64,000 nt of DNA from Amphiscolops sp. MND2022 (Eukaryota). Within the stretch, counting starts at the first letter, position 1. The number at the start of each line of letters is the position of its first letter. Position numbers and translations under genes: made by a program. Where the stretch lies: positions 29,452,001-29,516,000 of the forward strand of contig OZ076409.1 of assembly GCA_964187785.1 (NCBI GenBank), read 5' to 3'. Shown piece after piece: positions 60,901 to 64,000 of this stretch. The notes beneath the pieces were generated by a model. That model had not been told where the DNA came from, ran no database searches, and saw only the letters and a list, made by a program, of their open reading frames with translations.

Positions 60901-62017
60901 AAACGACTGGGGTAGCTATCGAAGTGTCACCTACCTGTGCGTGAGCATGATGCCACACAGGCTTCACTGGTGCTCGCACCACAATCTTCATAGATGTTAG
61001 ATCCACTAACACCTGGTAGGAGCGGAGAAAGTTCCGACCAAGTAGGAAGTCTTCCACACCCATTGCGTCATCTACCACCACAAAGTTCGTTTCAAGTTCA
61101 TATCCTCCCAGCTGGAAATGGATATGTTCTGCGAGGCCGTAGGTCTTTATTGTCTTCCCGTTGGCTGCGTACAGGTCAACTTGGTAGGGTTTAAGGACCG
61201 TTCCAGTTCGAGCTGCCACTCTGTTAAAGGCGGAAAACGTCAGTATGGAGACGCCCGAGCCAGTGTCCACCAGTCCTCGCAGCGGGATAGGTGTTGCATG
61301 AGGCACCACGAAAGAGACCACGAGCGACGCACGCTCATCTATACGCGCTTCACCGGTGGGCTCCTGATGATTGATGTTATAGCATTTGAGCTCCTGAGGA
61401 CCCAGACAAATGCCAGGGGGAAATACATCCACCACCACACAGGCTTCGAACTTCACATCCACTCCATCCATTGAAGCACAGACTGGCACTGGGGAATATG
61501 TTGTCAGAGTCGTAGACTCTCCCGGAGCGTACCATTCTTTCGGTCGAGGCAACTCGTTTCGTTTGTAGAGGATAGACAGTTCGACCCATAGCTTCGCCAG
61601 GGTTACCGTCGGCCTACGCGTTTGCTCAGCTGCCAGCAACAGGTGAATCGAAATCAGCGTCCGTCCTTGCGGGTCGAACGTCGTGGGTTCCAAGCAGGTC
61701 TGAACTTGCTTAGCACCACAAGTGAATGTCATCGGAGTGTGGAACGCAGGCGGTTCCGCCGGATGTAGCATCAACACACGGTCATCTTCCAAAGGTACGG
61801 TGTGCGCGGCGATGCCAGCTGATTCGACCTCAGCCCATCGATTGTAGGCTAACTCGTCACTGGGCTTCGGCGCATGGGAGTGCTCACCACATTGCACTTC
61901 CGCCTGATCGAAAAGTCCACAGCTCGTGCATTGATAGATCCCCGGATGACCTTCAAGGATGCCATCGGTCGCGTCTTCCGTGGTGACCTTTACGCCCTCT
62001 GGTTCGGAGGCAGTCAT
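57896..62017 (-). CDS. pol: pol of element 2: pseudo-protease, protease, RT, RNase H, integrase N-terminal zinc domain
   Basis: 1373-aa ORF with LVDTGSGVSIL, DFLLGRNFL, YIDD, LDTDAS, NADGLSK, HDAMGH...CLTC. Confidence 0.96.
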   Translation of the reverse strand: MTASEPEGVKVTTEDATDGILEGHPGIYQCTSCGLFDQAEVQCGEHSHAPKPSDELAYNRWAEVESAGIAAHTVPLEDDRVLMLHPAEPPAFHTPMTFTCGAKQVQTCLEPTTFDPQGRTLISIHLLLAAEQTRRPTVTLAKLWVELSILYKRNELPRPKEWYAPGESTTLTTYSPVPVCASMDGVDVKFEACVVVDVFPPGICLGPQELKCYNINHQEPTGEARIDERASLVVSFVVPHATPIPLRGLVDTGSGVSILTFSAFNRVAARTGTVLKPYQVDLYAANGKTIKTYGLAEHIHFQLGGYELETNFVVVDDAMGVEDFLLGRNFLRSYQVLVDLTSMKIVVRAPVKPVWHHAHAQVGDTSIATPVVLDSDLVLQPFERAVARAKLVTNALEPLMFQSVALNASLSDTTLHNVVFLEDSVATVSETGTLFVSLINLTSNPQRMRCGVQLGTVVPITVVYQAVPQCLDSPTTTRTKTDADDSRANFVHKIYSEVNLSTASELTSSSEFEFLSSTDPSEAGLSEREIRKRTDPELMAPIPGPESQLQAVKDLWGASACESLSNLLDEFDELFMKHKADIGRCTIANHTVEVEPGAVPHREGARRMSPEKAERANQEVRNLLALGMIQPSLSPWASGIVMVKKKNGELRFCCDFRPLNEVTIKDAYPLPRIDESLARLGKAKIYTSIDLAWDFWQIPVRKADRHKTAFACELGPFEWRRMPFGMCNASATFQRSIARALRNIVNREGSMVMAYIDDIVIATETVEDHMVRLREVFECLRKAGFKMRVAKCDFMKSEIKYLGRVVSAEGVKPDPKAVVKLRDWEIPRNKTEMQSFLGFANYYREFIPWHAKLVAPLHAVTGLNATFACGPEQQTAFNEIKKALIEATALAQPDSEGEFVLDTDASAVAISGILHQWQGPPGERRLRPIVYGSKKLTTTQAKYGAPKLEMFAAYYFIVKNHSYLCPRKFTLRVDNQALSWLKTYSTDQALIGRWIMTLEKYHFRVEHRPRTQHRNADGLSKRTNEYRCREKQLAQQPAASERWNFLSADEFDKLPVAPWFDLQGRVIPNHPELPAHLQNLEPKAPNQLLRVLRRTKRASRRDRQAKAFAAPLPPPPSLALQPHEDAYPDYPEDWIDVTDEAREDYLLPTHAVNVSSRTVYAIAGANPVALQGTPSGVRDSIMALKDINTELHEHAHTVHGIKDLILAQNRDVHVLALKKLVLNEPIDHDVFPENVREFARNYYRQKKTLLFINKNGVLCVQYPPNQRPLHERPCMIVMPQLYQHEILFRAHDAMGHQGISKVVARIQERHTWPGIRRSVGRYVGQCLTCQQVRDKPGDVRFHLKNIQSGYFNELVQYDHLKICPSVITLASWS

Positions 62018-62033
62018 TGGTTTTCGGGCTTGG

Positions 62034-63908
62034 TCACGATTGGGGCACTCGCGAGCAAAATGTCCGTTTTGCCCACAGTGAAAACAAGCACCTACCGGCG
62101 CTCGGGCGGGAGCTAGGACAGCGAGAGCTGGGACATTTGGGGGGGGGCGCCGGAGGTGGCAAGACGCCCTGCGGCATGACCATCTTGTTCGGCGGCAGTG
62201 GTGCGAAAGGATGAGGTCTAGACCTCATGGCTAATCTGGGATCATAGGGTTGTTGAGGTTGGGTGGGTCTGGGACGATTTCGTTGCAGCTGACGCGTGGT
62301 AAATCGCAAGGACTCTACGGTAGGGGGTTCGGTAAGAAAAGTCTCCGAGGCGTATACTATGGCAAGTTCACGCCTCAACACTGGATCTCGCACACCTTCC
62401 ATGAAGCGCTGCAAGATTTCATAGCGTTTGGTAATGATACTTTCTTGCGGGAATCCTTGGCTCCTGAGACCCTCTAAAGCGTCTAAGTACTGCATCCAGT
62501 CCTCTTTTTCTTGTTGGACACGGCTTTGGAAGGTCTGCCGCACCTGCATACGATTTCCTCCCGCGCCAAATCGGCTAGATAGCAACTCGAACACCTTCTC
62601 GGGGGTGTCACGTTCAGACTCAGCCTTGTTGATGATGTAGTTGCGAGCCTCACCCTCGAGATGACCAATAATGCTCCAGGCCCGATCTTCGGCCGAGACT
62701 TTGGTTTGGACTCTTTTCAAGTATCGCTGCATCACTAAGATCCAGCCATCAATAGACCCGTCCTTAGAGCCTCGATACACGCTGGGTTTGGTTTGAGCCA
62801 GGTCACGTCCCGCAAGCAACGGTGCTAGTTCTTTGGACATCGCTTTGGAAATGGCGGCAGTGAACCTCAGTTGCTCGGGAGAGATGACCTCAGCCTCTCC
62901 TTCCTTGGGTGCCACTTCATCAGTACCGTCGTCACTGCCATGCGTGGCTCGTACTGAGAGGTTCGCTATGTCTTCTTTCTTGCGAGTGCTACTCGCACAA
63001 GGAGCGCCCGAGGGCATTCCGTCCTCGGCTGTCCAGTCGGCGGTCAGATACAGGGAGTCCGTTCCAGAAGCCATGGTAGGGGCCGTCGCATACGCAGCTC
63101 CATCAGTCTGGGACCCTAGTGTGGCCTTGGTACAGGATAAATCAACTTCGGTAGAAGTATCTAGATAGATAGGTGACATTGGGTCCACACCTTGGTCTCG
63201 GGTGGCACTTCGAACTACGGAGGAGGTTATTTGACTCATCGACGAGGAGTCGTGGGGCCCTCTCACCTGCACCCGTGCAGGTTTACGCTCCACATCAGCC
63301 ATGATGAGTACGGAATCCTTGGTTCGGGTTTCAGGCGTCGTCGACTTGGAGGTGCTAGGCTTCAATGCACTCGCCAGCTCGGGTTTCGTTGCCCGACCCA
63401 GGTGCGATGATTCCGGAATCTTAATTGAATCCGCGACTGGCACACCTTCAGTGGCACCAGATTGTCGTGGGAGGGACCTCTCGCGCCTCATGATGTTGAT
63501 AGCATTGAGCACAGTGTGCATTTGGTTACTCAAATCATTGATCTGGGTTTCCACACGAAGTTCACGGGCCATCAAAAGGTCATTCATCTCACCCATTCTG
63601 TGGCCTAGTGCATCTACGCGAGCACTCTGCGTATTCTGCGCGGTTCGCAGTTGATCACTGACCTGCAATCCTTCTCGCATCGTTGTCTGCAACGTTCTCA
63701 TATTTTCTGCGATGGCACGATGTTGGTCATTGCACCCAGCACGAGTTCTAGCCAGTTCAGCTAAGGCACGTTGGGTCTCAGCTTGGGCTTCCAATATTGC
63801 GGCTTTATACACCGAAGATCGTTGGGATGATGCCACTGAACCTGCCACGCTCCTCGTACGAGGCACCTCAAACTGACGTTCACCTACATTTATCATGGGT
63901 GGTCGCAC
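62034..63908 (-). CDS. gag: gag of element 2 (N-terminus may extend beyond the window; 1-nt shift in a C homopolymer near 62140)
   Basis: KPSVYRGSKDGSIDGWILVM...LEGEARNY...MQYLDALEGLRSQGFP; the knuckle CFHCGQNGHFAREC is read in the +1 frame after the C run and continues into the pol ORF. Confidence 0.88.
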   Translation of the reverse strand: MRPPMINVGERQFEVPRTRSVAGSVASSQRSSVYKAAILEAQAETQRALAELARTRAGCNDQHRAIAENMRTLQTTMREGLQVSDQLRTAQNTQSARVDALGHRMGEMNDLLMARELRVETQINDLSNQMHTVLNAINIMRRERSLPRQSGATEGVPVADSIKIPESSHLGRATKPELASALKPSTSKSTTPETRTKDSVLIMADVERKPARVQVRGPHDSSSMSQITSSVVRSATRDQGVDPMSPIYLDTSTEVDLSCTKATLGSQTDGAAYATAPTMASGTDSLYLTADWTAEDGMPSGAPCASSTRKKEDIANLSVRATHGSDDGTDEVAPKEGEAEVISPEQLRFTAAISKAMSKELAPLLAGRDLAQTKPSVYRGSKDGSIDGWILVMQRYLKRVQTKVSAEDRAWSIIGHLEGEARNYIINKAESERDTPEKVFELLSSRFGAGGNRMQVRQTFQSRVQQEKEDWMQYLDALEGLRSQGFPQESIITKRYEILQRFMEGVRDPVLRRELAIVYASETFLTEPPTVESLRFTTRQLQRNRPRPTQPQQPYDPRLAMRSRPHPFAPLPPNKMVMPQGVLPPPAPPPKCPSSRCPSSRPSAGRCLFSLWAKRTFCSRVPQS

Positions 63909-64000
63909 TCTCTTGTGTTTGCCATAGGCACAAACTCTAGTGTTACCTCGAGCGACTCCAGACCCCTGCGGTCTCGCACAACTCGTGTTCCCTGTGTAGG

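Larger units (their letters stand above)
48903..64000 (-). mobile_element. Giant Ty3/Gypsy LTR retrotransposon, element 2 (>15 kb; 5' end outside window), inserted into a LINE fragment
   Basis: LTR-like segment with TGTAACG...CGTTACA ends plus PPT; gag-PR-RT-RH-IN-macro-ORF3 collinear with element 1; the LINE RT sequence stops abruptly at 48902. Confidence 0.95.

Noticed and set aside
62130..62150. Programmed gag-pol frameshift at the C run (CCC AAA T) in element 2
   Set aside because: The needed shift is +1, the heptamer is not in X XXY YYZ register, and element 1 stays in one frame across the equivalent region; more likely a homopolymer indel or assembly error.
51021..63654. Many plus-strand ORFs opposite gag/pol/ORF3 (also within 10529-24203)
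   Set aside because: Antisense shadows of GC-richer coding sequence; I saw no conservation between the two elements.

Overview
AT-rich, repeat-dense eukaryotic DNA, most consistent with an invertebrate animal; the species cannot be determined from this sequence. The only clear host gene is the 5' part of a spliced SLC13 (Na+/dicarboxylate-citrate/sulfate cotransporter, Indy-like) gene on the minus strand, with five phase-consistent exons between 33723 and 2013. Over half of the window is two related but diverged giant Ty3/Gypsy LTR retrotransposons, both on the minus strand. Element 1 (9146-28077, ~18.9 kb, two 712-bp LTRs differing at 7 sites) lies in SLC13 intron 2. Element 2 (48903 to beyond 64000) is inserted into a LINE fragment. 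Both share an unusual architecture: one gag-pol polyprotein with a degenerate protease-like repeat before the DTG protease, and an integrase tail carrying an AT-hook, a CxxC-x4-CxC motif and two tandem TARG1/OARD1-like macro domains. This is followed by a ~1,400-codon ORF3 in the env position, behind a candidate splice acceptor, with a degenerate SGNH/GDSL-like domain instead of envelope features. The rest is LINE fragments, MULE and hAT transposase relics, Polinton/Maverick-like capsid and protease relics, MITEs and foldback repeats. Domain calls come from reading motifs by eye and need HMM or structure confirmation.
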